Shown here: one piece after another, positions 14,626 through 23,846 of the stretch
How positions within the stretch are numbered: the first letter of the stretch is position 1
Layout of the letters: the number at the start of each line of letters is the position of its first letter
Assembly: GCA_017439965.1 (NCBI GenBank)
Contig: JAFSID010000102.1
Span: forward strand, 26,472-90,471
Length of the DNA: 64,000 bases
Origin: Clostridia bacterium
GTDB taxonomy: Bacteria; Bacillota; Clostridia; Oscillospirales; SIG627
Reading direction: 5' to 3'
Notes under the pieces: model-generated
Told to the model about the DNA's origin: nothing
Seen by the model: the letters and a program-made list of their open reading frames with translations, nothing else
The model's database searches: none
Made by a program: the position numbers and the translations under genes

Positions 14626-15200
14626 TAAAGTACTCCTTTGGTTGAGGGCACTCTGCCCTCCTCGTCGGGATCAAGCCTTACCGCCTGACGAAGCGCTCTG
14701 CCTACCGCCTTGAATATACCCTCGATTATATGATGAGTATTTCTGCCTGCAAGCTTCTTTATATGAAGAGTGATTCCCGACTCCCTTGCAAGTGCGATGA
14801 AAAATTCCTCGCAAAGCTCGGTATCGAAATCCCCTACCTTTTCGGCAAGTCCGTCAACGTCGTAGTAAAGACCGCCTCTGCCCGAGATATCAACGGCGGC
14901 AAGAATGAGCGACTCGTCCATCGGAAGAGTGATACTACCGTAACGGGCAATGCCCTTTTTGTCACCGAGCGCCTTGACGAGCGCCTGACCGAGACAGATT
15001 CCTATATCCTCGGTCGTGTGATGAGCGTCAACCTCAACGTCTCCTATGCACTTGACGGCAAGCGGAATATTCGAGTGACGGGAGAAAAGAGTGAGCATAT
15101 GGTCAAGAAAGCCCACTCCCGTTGAAATATCCGTTTTATCTCCAAGAATAAGGACTATATCGGTTTCAGCGGTTTTACGCTTTATTTCTGCTGTCTGCAT
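14625..15200 (-). CDS. hisB: imidazoleglycerol-phosphate dehydratase (monofunctional)
   Basis: 191 aa with RKTAETDI..GFLDHML..DAHHTTEDIGI. No histidinol-phosphatase domain is present. Confidence 0.95.
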   Translation of the reverse strand: MQTAEIKRKTAETDIVLILGDKTDISTGVGFLDHMLTLFSRHSNIPLAVKCIGDVEVDAHHTTEDIGICLGQALVKALGDKKGIARYGSITLPMDESLILAAVDISGRGGLYYDVDGLAEKVGDFDTELCEEFFIALARESGITLHIKKLAGRNTHHIIEGIFKAVGRALRQAVRLDPDEEGRVPSTKGVL

Positions 15201-16261
15201 TATTTTTCCTCCAGTATTTCTTCAAGAGCTTTTATAAGTGTTTCCATCTGCTCCCGTGAGCCTACTGTAATGCGGTTGTATTCGCATATTCTCTCGGCGG
15301 TAAAGTGGCGTACAAGCACGCCCTTTTCACGAAGCCTTGTGTAAATATCACCGCCCGATATTTCGGGATGACGGGCAAAGATGAAGTTTGCCTTTGAAGG
15401 AGTAAAGGTAAATCCGAGACGGGCAAGCTCGCCCTTCGTCCACTCGCGGTTATCCGCAATCACCTGACAGCGCTCAGCGGTAATCTCGTCATTTTCAAGC
15501 ACCGCCTTGCCCATAGCAAGAGTGAGGGAATTTACGTTGTAGGGATTGGTTGAATAGCGGAGTGTGTTAAGGTCGGCAATAAGCTCCTTCTGTGCAATGC
15601 CGAAGCCGAGTCTTGCGCCTGCCATAGAGCGTGACTTTGAGAAGGTCTGAGTCACGAGAAGATTGGAATACTTTTTAACGAGAGGCACTGCGCTCTGTGT
15701 TCCGAAATCAACGTAAGCCTCGTCAACGATAACTACTCTGTCGGGGTTTGAAGCAACTATCTCCTCAATCTCTTCAAGAGAAAGAGCGATGCCCGTAGGT
15801 GCGGTGGGATTGGCTATAACGACCGTACCCCAGGTATTCTTGTAAGGCTCAATATCAACCGTGAAATCCTCTCTCAAGGGAAATGTCTTATAAGGAATGT
15901 GTGAGAGATTTGCAAAGACGGGATAAAAGCCGTAGGAAATGTCGGGAAAGAGTGCGGGGCAATTATCGTCACAAAACGCCATAAAGGCAAAATTGAGTAT
16001 TTCGTCCGAGCCGTTAACGGCAATCGTCATATCGTAATCAACGTCAAAGCGACGGGCAAGCGCCTGACGGAAGTAGGTGCATTCAGGGTCGGAGTAAAGC
16101 TGTGCATTTTCTGCCGCCGCCTTAGCCGCTTCAACGGCACACTCGGGAGTTGCAAAGGGAGACTCGTTGGTATTAAGCTTTACGAATTTTCTGTCCTTGG
16201 GCTGTTCACCCGGTGTGTAGGGAATAAGATTTGAATATTTTGAGGTAAAAAATCTGCTCAT
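15200..16261 (-). CDS. hisC: histidinol-phosphate aminotransferase
   Basis: 353 aa. Class II aminotransferase with TFSKSRSMAGARLG (PLP lysine). Operon context supports the call. Confidence 0.93.
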   Translation of the reverse strand: MSRFFTSKYSNLIPYTPGEQPKDRKFVKLNTNESPFATPECAVEAAKAAAENAQLYSDPECTYFRQALARRFDVDYDMTIAVNGSDEILNFAFMAFCDDNCPALFPDISYGFYPVFANLSHIPYKTFPLREDFTVDIEPYKNTWGTVVIANPTAPTGIALSLEEIEEIVASNPDRVVIVDEAYVDFGTQSAVPLVKKYSNLLVTQTFSKSRSMAGARLGFGIAQKELIADLNTLRYSTNPYNVNSLTLAMGKAVLENDEITAERCQVIADNREWTKGELARLGFTFTPSKANFIFARHPEISGGDIYTRLREKGVLVRHFTAERICEYNRITVGSREQMETLIKALEEILEEK

Positions 16262-17535
16262 TTTTCCTCCTTGCGTGCGACGGCTGATTTAGCGTGTGCG
16301 GTAAGTCCCTCCTCGGTTGCGAAGAGCGCAACGTCGTCGGCAACCTTTGAGAGAGCGTCCTTGGTATAATAAGTAAACTGCATCGTCTTTACGAAATCGT
16401 CAACAGACAGAGGACTTGAAAACTTAGCCGTACCGCCCGTGGGAAGAGTATGGTTGGGTCCTGCAAAATAGTCACCGAGTGCCTCGGGACAGTATCTGCC
16501 CATAAATACCGAGCCTGCGTGTCTGACCTCACCCAGCCACTCAAACGGGTCTGCTACCGACAGTTCGAGATGCTCGGGAGCAAGCTCGTTGGATATTTCG
16601 ATTGCAGTCTTGATATTCGGCGCGATAATTATCATACCGTTCGTGTCGATAGACTCACGGGCAATGTCACAGCGCGACAGCTCGGGAATCTGTCTTTCAA
16701 GCTCGTCGGAAACCTTGAGAGCAAGCTCCTCGGAATCGGTAACGAGCACAGCACTTGCCATACGGTCGTGCTCAGCCTGAGAGAGAAGGTCTGCGGCAAG
16801 GTGACGGGGGTTTGAGCCACCGTCCGAAACGATGAGAATCTCACTCGGCCCTGCAATCATATCAATTGAAACTCTGCCAAAAACCTGCTTCTTTGCCTCG
16901 GCAACGAAGGCGTTACCGGGACCTACTATCTTGTCAACCTTCGGCACGGTCTCGGTGCCGTAAGCCAGAGCGGCAATTGCCTGCGCTCCGCCCACCTTGA
17001 AGATACGGTCGATACCCGCAACGCTTGCGGCGGCAAGAATAACGGGATTGACCTTGCCGTCCTTTGCGGGAGGAGTGGTCATAACGACCTCACGACAGCC
17101 TGCAAGCTTGGCGGGAATTGCATCCATCAATACGGTTGAGGGATATGCGGCAGTGCCTCCGGGGACGTAAAGACCCGCGCGGTCAACGGGAATGACCTTC
17201 TGACCGATGACGATGCCGTTTTCCTCGTTTATAACGTAGCCGTGTCTTATCTGCTTTTCGTGGAAACGGCGGATATTTGCCGCCGCTCTTTCAAGCACGT
17301 CGAGAAATTCGGGAGAGACCGAGGCTCTTGCCTCTGCAATCTCCTCGGGAGTGACCGTAAGGCTGTCAAGCCTTACCTTATCGAATTTTTCCGCAAAGGC
17401 GTAAAGTGCGCTGTCACCGTTTTTTACAACCTCTGCGATTATCTCGGCTACCGCTCCCTCTACCCTTTGAGTAGGAAGGGTTCTGTCAAATATTTCTGAA
17501 GGAGAAACCTCTCCGTATTTTAAAATTCTAATCAT
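16258..17535 (-). CDS. hisD: histidinol dehydrogenase
   Basis: 425 aa with ..LYVPGGTAAYPSTVLM.. and SQAEHD motifs. Confidence 0.95.
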   Translation of the reverse strand: MIRILKYGEVSPSEIFDRTLPTQRVEGAVAEIIAEVVKNGDSALYAFAEKFDKVRLDSLTVTPEEIAEARASVSPEFLDVLERAAANIRRFHEKQIRHGYVINEENGIVIGQKVIPVDRAGLYVPGGTAAYPSTVLMDAIPAKLAGCREVVMTTPPAKDGKVNPVILAAASVAGIDRIFKVGGAQAIAALAYGTETVPKVDKIVGPGNAFVAEAKKQVFGRVSIDMIAGPSEILIVSDGGSNPRHLAADLLSQAEHDRMASAVLVTDSEELALKVSDELERQIPELSRCDIARESIDTNGMIIIAPNIKTAIEISNELAPEHLELSVADPFEWLGEVRHAGSVFMGRYCPEALGDYFAGPNHTLPTGGTAKFSSPLSVDDFVKTMQFTYYTKDALSKVADDVALFATEEGLTAHAKSAVARKEEK

Positions 17536-18173
17536 TTTGAAACCTCTGCTATTTGCTCTGCAATGCTTTGCGCTACCCTTTCAATAAGCTCGTTTTTAAA
17601 TCTGAAGCTCGACTTGTTCGAGATAAGCCTTGCGCTTATCGGAACTACCTCCTCGAATACCTCAAGGTTATTTTCACGGAGAGTCGTGCCCGTTTCGACT
17701 ATATCGACGATAACGTCGGAGAGTCCTAAAATCGGCGCAAGCTCGATTGAGCCGTTAAGCTTGATAATATCAATATCGCGTCCGAGTCCTGCGTAATAGC
17801 GCTTGGTTATATTTACAAACTTCGTGGCAACGCGGAGAGTCCTCTGCGGATTGTCACGGAAGTCACGGGGAGCGGCAACCGCCATTCTGCATTTACCCGT
17901 GTCAAGATCGAGAAGCTCGTATACGTCGGGGCTGTATTCAAGGAGTATGTCCTTTCCCGCAACGCCCACGTCTGCCGCTCCTCTCTCAACATATATTGCG
18001 ACGTCGGAGGGCTTTACCCAAAAATAGCGTACCTGCTTTTCGGGATTTTCAAATATGAGCTTTCGGTTATTTTCGTGTATTGCGGGACATTCAAAGCCCG
18101 CTCTTTCAAACATTGCATACACCTTTTCTCCAAGTCTGCCCTTGGGAAGTGCAACGTTCAGCATATTGTCCAT
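17532..18173 (-). CDS. hisG: ATP phosphoribosyltransferase, short form
   Basis: 213 aa starting LNVALPKGRL, with ..DIVETGTTL... It is paired with hisZ. Confidence 0.95.
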   Translation of the reverse strand: MDNMLNVALPKGRLGEKVYAMFERAGFECPAIHENNRKLIFENPEKQVRYFWVKPSDVAIYVERGAADVGVAGKDILLEYSPDVYELLDLDTGKCRMAVAAPRDFRDNPQRTLRVATKFVNITKRYYAGLGRDIDIIKLNGSIELAPILGLSDVIVDIVETGTTLRENNLEVFEEVVPISARLISNKSSFRFKNELIERVAQSIAEQIAEVSK

Positions 18174-18175
18174 TT

Positions 18176-19255
18176 TTATTCCTCTGTCAATTCAACAAGT
18201 GTTTTATATTTAAGCTTTTCGGGTATGCTTCTCTCGGCGCGTACCGATTCTCCCTTCGCAATACGCTCTCTTACCGTGTCGGCGACGAGTCGCGCAGGAG
18301 TTCCCTCTCCGTATATAACGAGAGTGTCAACGTCATACTCGGGCACGCTTGAAAAATCCTCAAGCAAATCAAGATACACCGCAAAGCCTATTGCTCCGCT
18401 GGTACGTCCGAAGCGCTTCATAAGCTCGTCGTATTCACCGCCCGACAAAACTGCCGAGGGAATACCGTTGACAAAGCCCTTGAAAACGATTCCGTTGTAA
18501 TAGCTTATATCTCCGACTACCGAGAAGTCAAGACGGATTCTATCGCTCGAAGCAAGCTCAAGCACGGTTTCAAGTCCGTTGAGTGCCTCGGCAAATTCCT
18601 CCTCAACGAGAATTGCACGAAGCTTTTTTATTACCTCGCTCGGCTTTCCGTAGCATTTAACGAGAGCCTTGATACGCTCGGTATCCCCGTCACTCACTCC
18701 TGCCTCACGGCATATAGCCGTAATTCCGTGAAGATTTTTCTCACCCATACAATCGAGAATACGCTTGATATAGCTCGGCTCGGCACCCGTAAGCCTCAGA
18801 AGTGTCAGGGTTATACCGAGGTGTGACACGTCAAGCAGATAATCGTCGGAAATTGCGCCGAGGCTCTCAACCGCAAGAGTCAAAACCTCCGAGAGCGCGT
18901 AAAGGTCGATAGTGCCGATACGCTCAAGACCCGTCTGCATTATCTCCTTGTAAGAGTGGCTGCCCTCGGATACTCGGTAGACGTTTTCGTTATAGTAAAC
19001 CTTTCTCGTCTCCCCTTCACGTGTGTTCTTTACGATAGAAAGAGTAACGTCGGGCTTGAGTGCCATAAGCTTGCCGTCGGTATCCGTAAAGGTAATAACG
19101 TTATCGGAAACAAGAAAGCTCTTGTTCCTGACGTATAGGTCGTATTCCTCAAATTTGCTCATCTTATAAGGCTCGTAGCCTCGCTGACGGTAAAGTGAAC
19201 GAAGGCGGAATATCGCCTTCTCTTCATTTTTCAGTATTGCTTCGGGAAAATTCAT
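18176..19255 (-). CDS. hisZ: ATP phosphoribosyltransferase regulatory subunit
   Basis: 359 aa. HisRS-like paralog directly upstream of short-form hisG. Confidence 0.9.
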   Translation of the reverse strand: MNFPEAILKNEEKAIFRLRSLYRQRGYEPYKMSKFEEYDLYVRNKSFLVSDNVITFTDTDGKLMALKPDVTLSIVKNTREGETRKVYYNENVYRVSEGSHSYKEIMQTGLERIGTIDLYALSEVLTLAVESLGAISDDYLLDVSHLGITLTLLRLTGAEPSYIKRILDCMGEKNLHGITAICREAGVSDGDTERIKALVKCYGKPSEVIKKLRAILVEEEFAEALNGLETVLELASSDRIRLDFSVVGDISYYNGIVFKGFVNGIPSAVLSGGEYDELMKRFGRTSGAIGFAVYLDLLEDFSSVPEYDVDTLVIYGEGTPARLVADTVRERIAKGESVRAERSIPEKLKYKTLVELTEE

Positions 19256-19545
19256 TTTTTCTCACCGTTTTCCCTTTCAAGCACCTTGCGATAACCGTCA
19301 CTGCCGTAATTTATGCATTTATTAACTCGGCAGATAGTTGCGGTGGAAGCACCCGTCAGGCGTGACACCTCCTGATAGTTCTTGCCCTCCCAGAGCATAC
19401 AGGCAACCTCAAAGCGCTGAGTCAGGTCCTGAAGCTCACGAATGGTGCAAAGATCCTCAAAAAATGCCTTACATTCTTCGATATTTTCAAGTTTTAATAC
19501 TGCGTCAAAAAGCTTGTCGCTTACCGTAATAGGCTTTTTTTCCAT
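19252..19545 (-). CDS. YerC/YecD family TrpR-like DNA-binding protein, first gene of the his operon
   Basis: GGAGG 7 nt before the internal ATG (MEKKPITV..). LCTIRELQDLTQRFEVACML..GKNYQEVSRLTGASTATICRVNKCLNYG-like signature of the YerC family. It overlaps hisZ by 4 nt. Confidence 0.85.
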   Translation of the reverse strand: MEKKPITVSDKLFDAVLKLENIEECKAFFEDLCTIRELQDLTQRFEVACMLWEGKNYQEVSRLTGASTATICRVNKCINYGSDGYRKVLERENGEKK

Positions 19546-19579
19546 TTCATTCCTCCGCAATTTGCTTTATTTCTTTAGT

Positions 19580-19608
19580 ATTTTAGCACACTAAAGTGTA
19601 AAAGTCAA
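19580..19608 (-). promoter_or_regulatory. candidate his-operon promoter (TTGACT-17-TAAAAT) with a palindrome in the spacer
   Basis: On the minus strand, -35 at 19608-19603 and -10 at 19585-19580. The palindrome ACACT-TT-AGTGT (plus-strand 19588-19599) lies in the spacer. Confidence 0.5.
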
Positions 19609-19649
19609 TAGATTATTGAAAAAAAGAACGTATTTCGTCTCAATTTGTA

Positions 19650-19678
19650 TTGACTTTTCGGTTAAATAAAGTTAAAAT
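19650..19678 (+). promoter_or_regulatory. candidate promoter of the glycosidase gene (TTGACT-17-TAAAAT)
   Basis: TTGACT at 19650-19655, a 17-nt spacer, TAAAAT at 19673-19678. Confidence 0.5.
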
Positions 19679-19697
19679 CAAGCTGAGGTGATAGCTT

Positions 19698-21005
19698 ATG
19701 AGTAACGTAAAAATCAACACCGAAAAAATTCTCGGTGATTTCAAGCCACTCAACTGTGTCAACAACGGTCCCAGCTGCAAGAGACACGCAGTAGACCAGC
19801 CGAGGTCAAACTTTGAGTCCTACAAGGCGGCACGTATCCCCTTTGCAAGAAACCACGATGCAGCCTTTGCCGCTATATACGGCGGAGAGCACACGGTCGA
19901 TATATCGGCGGTATTTCCCGACTTCAACGCAAACCCTTACGACCCCGATTCATACGACTTTACCTGCACCGACGAGTACATACTCATAACCCTTGACGCA
20001 GGCACGAAAACCTTCTACCGTCTCGGTCAGAAGATAGAGCATTACATCAAAAAATACCACATATATCCGCCTGCCGATTTTCACAAGTGGGCGGTGGTAT
20101 GCGAGCATATAATCCGTCACTACACTAAGGGCTGGGCAAACGGCTTTACTCACGATATGCCCTACTGGGAGATATGGAACGAACCCGACCTCGACCTTGA
20201 GGAAGACTCCTACAAGCGAACCTGGGCAGGAACTAAGGCGCAGTTCTTCGACCTTTTCGAGATTACCGCAAAGCATCTGAAAAAATGCTTCCCTGAGCTT
20301 AAGATAGGCGGTCCCGCGCTTGCAGGCAGAAGCTGGTGGGCAAAGGAATTTCTCGAGGAAATGTCAAAAAGAGAGGTGCCGATGGACTTCTTCTCCTGGC
20401 ACATCTACTGCAACGAGCCGTCGGCTATGACGGAGGATGCAAAAACCTTCAGAAAAATGATGGACGACAACGGATATACAAGTGCCGCGTCAATTCTCAA
20501 CGAATGGAACTATATCGAAAACTGGGCAGACAAGTATCCTTATTCTCTTGAAATGATTCACGGAGCAAAGGGCGCCGCGTTCACGATGGCTTGTATGTCG
20601 GCGGCACAGCGCTCAAGCATTGATATGCTTATGTATTACGATGCGAGAATAGGCGCCTTCAACGGTATTTGGGACTTTTATACCTACAAGGAGCTTAAGG
20701 GCTATTATCCGTTCAAGTGGTACGGAGAGCTTTACGATTGCAAGGAGGTTGAATCTACCTCTGACGACGGACAGATATACGTCCTTTCGGGAATTGACGA
20801 AAACGGAAAGGTAAAGGCGATTATCACCTATTACTCGGACGATGATTCCTCTCCCAACAAGACGGTGTCTCTTGACCTCGGAAGAAAAGCAAAGCTTGAC
20901 GTTTACGAGGTTAGCCACGAGCATCAAGCAGAGCTTGTCGAGACCACCGATGACCCGACCTTTGATATGAAGGTACACACGATTTTATTAATTTGCGAAA
21001 AATGA
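19698..21005 (+). CDS. clan GH-A glycoside hydrolase (GH39-like)
   Basis: 435 aa. WEIWNEPDL is the acid/base motif of clan A (beta/alpha)8 glycosidases. No signal peptide is evident. Confidence 0.5.
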   Translation: MSNVKINTEKILGDFKPLNCVNNGPSCKRHAVDQPRSNFESYKAARIPFARNHDAAFAAIYGGEHTVDISAVFPDFNANPYDPDSYDFTCTDEYILITLDAGTKTFYRLGQKIEHYIKKYHIYPPADFHKWAVVCEHIIRHYTKGWANGFTHDMPYWEIWNEPDLDLEEDSYKRTWAGTKAQFFDLFEITAKHLKKCFPELKIGGPALAGRSWWAKEFLEEMSKREVPMDFFSWHIYCNEPSAMTEDAKTFRKMMDDNGYTSAASILNEWNYIENWADKYPYSLEMIHGAKGAAFTMACMSAAQRSSIDMLMYYDARIGAFNGIWDFYTYKELKGYYPFKWYGELYDCKEVESTSDDGQIYVLSGIDENGKVKAIITYYSDDDSSPNKTVSLDLGRKAKLDVYEVSHEHQAELVETTDDPTFDMKVHTILLICEK

Positions 21006-21015
21006 GGAAAAGATT

Positions 21016-22035
21016 TTGAAAAAGCTTTTATTACCCGAAACTAATTCATACAAGGCAAATCTTCATTGTCACTCAACGATTTCCGACGGCGAATGGACTC
21101 CCGAGCAAATCAAAGAAGAATATTCCAAGAGAGGATATTCCATCGTAGCTTATACCGACCATTCAATGATGATAGACCACTCGTATCTTAACGATGACAA
21201 GTTTCTTGCCCTTCGTGGATATGAGGCAGGCATGGCGCAGGCGGCAAAGGATAAGACAACCAAAACAATCCGCACCTGCCACATCTGTGTCATTGCGCTC
21301 GACCCCGACAATCTCGTTCAACCCTGCTACAACCAGAAGGGCATCGACCATTGGAAGCACTACAACAAGCCTGCGGTGGATTGGGTAATCTATGATAAGG
21401 AAAAGCCGGAATTCGATTTCTTCTATTCCCCCGAGGTTATAAGCAAGTTCATGGAGGAATGCCGTGAGCTTGGATTCTTCGTTACCTACAACCATCCGTC
21501 ATGGTCTATGGAAACCTCCGAGCAGTTCCTCAACTATCACGGAATGCACGCCGTTGAAATGTGTAACTACGGATGCTACGTCGAAGGCTATGAGGACTAC
21601 AATCCCTATATCTACGACCAGATTCTCCGAGGCGGTGAGAGAATATTCTGCATAGGCGCAGATGACAACCATAACAGAGGTGAAAGCCCCGAGCGTGATT
21701 CCTTCGGTGCTTTCACGGTCATAAAGGCTGATAAGCTTGACTACAAGACGGTAACCGACGCTATGGTGAGAGGTGATATGTACGCATCTCAAGGACCTGA
21801 AATCCACTCGTTGTACGTTGAGGACGGCAAGGTATATATAACCTCCTCTCCTGCAAAGAGAATTTACATCGGCACGGAATTGAGACATTCACGCTGTATA
21901 TGGGCAGATGGTGAGCCTATCACCGAGGCTTGCTTTGATATTCCCGAAAACTGCGGATATATCCGCCTCACCGTTGAGGATATGCAGGGCAGACACGCAA
22001 ATACAAGAGCATATTTCGAGGATGAATTGAATTAA
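21016..22035 (+). CDS. PHP-domain metal-dependent phosphoesterase
   Basis: 339 aa, TTG start preceded by GAGGA. ANLHCHSTISDG...VAYTDH is the PHP HxH..D signature. Confidence 0.7.
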   Translation: MKKLLLPETNSYKANLHCHSTISDGEWTPEQIKEEYSKRGYSIVAYTDHSMMIDHSYLNDDKFLALRGYEAGMAQAAKDKTTKTIRTCHICVIALDPDNLVQPCYNQKGIDHWKHYNKPAVDWVIYDKEKPEFDFFYSPEVISKFMEECRELGFFVTYNHPSWSMETSEQFLNYHGMHAVEMCNYGCYVEGYEDYNPYIYDQILRGGERIFCIGADDNHNRGESPERDSFGAFTVIKADKLDYKTVTDAMVRGDMYASQGPEIHSLYVEDGKVYITSSPAKRIYIGTELRHSRCIWADGEPITEACFDIPENCGYIRLTVEDMQGRHANTRAYFEDELN

Positions 22036-22103
22036 TTCTCGCCCATATTAATCTATATATACGCTCAAGCAAGGTAAAACGGCGAGGTTTTATTAACGTA
22101 TTT

Positions 22104-22145
22104 AAAAAAATCAGGAAAACCGAAATCGGTTTTCCTGTTTTTTTA
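22104..22145. terminator. bidirectional rho-independent terminator
   Basis: CAGGAAAACCG / CGGTTTTCCTG (22112-22122 / 22127-22137), flanked by an A7 run upstream and a T8 run downstream. Confidence 0.85.
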
Positions 22146-23630
22146 TCTGTTATGATATAGCTTTTTGGTCTGATATTTGGGCTCGCAGGTAATATTGACG
22201 CCAAGCTTCTGGAATACGTTTTCGTCAACTCGGGAAAGAATGACGGTGGAATGAGCCTCACAGAGACGAAGCTTTTCAATCTGCTTCATTGCAAGAGCGG
22301 CGGTAGGACTTGTAACTGCCGAAATTGACAGAGCGATAAGTATCTCATCGGTATGGAGTCTCGGATTGTGGTTGCCCATAACCTTTGTTTTAAGCTCCTG
22401 AATAGGCTCAATTACGGCGGGAGAGATAAGAGTCACGTCGTCGGCAATACCTGCAAGGTGCTTAAGCGCGTTGAGAATTGCGGCTGCGGAGGCACCGAGA
22501 AGAGAGGAGGTCTTACCCGTTATGATTGCGCCGTCGGGCATTTGAATTGCCACTGCGGGAGCACCCGTTTCCTCAGCCTTTGCAACAGCCCTGTCAACAA
22601 CGGGGCGTTCCTCCTTGGTGATACCGAGCTTGTTCATAATAAGCTCAAGCTTGGTGACCTCGGATTGCTCGCTCATTCCCTGACGGAGTGAACAGGAGGC
22701 ACGGTAATAACGGCGGATGATCTCCTGACGCGCGGCATCGCAAACGGCTTCGTCGTCAAAGATGCAATTGCCTACCATATTAACGCCCATATCGGTCGGG
22801 CTCTTGTACGGGCAGGTACCCGAAATCTTTTCAAACATTGCACGAAGCACGGGGAATATCTCAACGTCTCGGTTATAATTTACGGTGGTCTCACCGTACG
22901 CCTCAAGGTGATAGGGGTCTATCATATTAACGTCGTCAAGGTCGGCGGTTGCCGCCTCGTAGGCGAGGTTTACGGGATGGCTGAGCGGTATGTTCCATAT
23001 CGGGAAGGTCTCGAATTTTGCATAGCCTGCGCTGATACCTCTCTTATGGTCGTGGTAAAGCTGTGAGAGGCAGGTTGCCATTTTTCCACTGCCAGGACCA
23101 GGGGCTGTAACGACGACGAGGCTTCTTTCGGTCTCGATATAATCGTTTGCTCCAAAGCCCTCGTCGGACACGATATAGGGAATGTTGGCAGGATAATCGG
23201 GAATTATGTAATGGCGGTAGGTCTTGATTCCGAGGGTGGCAAGGCGCTTTTCAAAGGCGATTGCCGTGGGCTGTGAACGGAAGTGAGATATTACCACACT
23301 GCCGACGTAAAGACCGATTCCGCGGAAGGCGTCAATGAGTCTGAGGGCGTCAAGGTCATAGGTTATGCCAAGGTCTCCGCGACGCTTATTTTTTTCGATA
23401 GCATCGGCGCTGATAACGATGACGATTTCGGCAGAGTCACGAAGCTCAAGAAGCATCTTGACCTTACTGTCAGGCTCAAAGCCGGGAAGAACGCGAGACG
23501 CGTGAAAATCGTCAAAGAGCTTTCCTCCGAACTCGAGATAAAGCTTTCCTCCGAAGGCGTTAATTCTGTCTCGAATCTTTTGAGATTGAAGTGATATATA
23601 TTTGTCGTTATCAAAGCCTTGTCTGTACAT
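22143..23630 (-). CDS. DUF1846 (UPF0371) family protein
   Basis: 495 aa. The N-terminus GFDNDKYISLQSQKIRDRI..GKLYLEFGGKLFDD.HASRVLPGF matches the UPF0371 family as I remember it. Confidence 0.8.
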   Translation of the reverse strand: MYRQGFDNDKYISLQSQKIRDRINAFGGKLYLEFGGKLFDDFHASRVLPGFEPDSKVKMLLELRDSAEIVIVISADAIEKNKRRGDLGITYDLDALRLIDAFRGIGLYVGSVVISHFRSQPTAIAFEKRLATLGIKTYRHYIIPDYPANIPYIVSDEGFGANDYIETERSLVVVTAPGPGSGKMATCLSQLYHDHKRGISAGYAKFETFPIWNIPLSHPVNLAYEAATADLDDVNMIDPYHLEAYGETTVNYNRDVEIFPVLRAMFEKISGTCPYKSPTDMGVNMVGNCIFDDEAVCDAARQEIIRRYYRASCSLRQGMSEQSEVTKLELIMNKLGITKEERPVVDRAVAKAEETGAPAVAIQMPDGAIITGKTSSLLGASAAAILNALKHLAGIADDVTLISPAVIEPIQELKTKVMGNHNPRLHTDEILIALSISAVTSPTAALAMKQIEKLRLCEAHSTVILSRVDENVFQKLGVNITCEPKYQTKKLYHNR

Positions 23631-23648
23631 GGTTTTATGACCTTCCTT

Positions 23649-23685
23649 AAAAAAATCAAAAGCCTCCCCGTTTGGAGACGCTTTT
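23649..23685 (-). terminator. terminator-like hairpin plus U7 inside the DUF1846 leader, abutting the SD
   Basis: Minus-strand RNA reads AAAAGCGUCUCC-AAAC-GGGGAGGCUUUU followed by GAUUUUUUU, then AAGGAAGG (SD). One pair is G.U only on the minus strand (C.A on the plus strand), which favours minus-strand RNA. Confidence 0.45.
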
Positions 23686-23785
23686 CTGTGCCCTATGTAT
23701 ATTATACCACCTTAAATAAAAAAATCAATACAAAAAAGGATTTTTTTGAAAAATTGTGAATTATTTAGTTTTTTGTGTCATTTTA

Positions 23786-23814
23786 TTGTAAATATTGCCG
23801 TATTGTGATAAAAT
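23786..23814 (+). promoter_or_regulatory. candidate promoter (TTGTAA-17-TGaTAAAAT, extended -10)
   Basis: TTGTAA at 23786-23791, a 17-nt spacer ending in TGA, TAAAAT at 23809-23814. Confidence 0.45.
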
Positions 23815-23846
23815 AATTTCAAAGAAAAACAAAGGAGCAAACTGTT

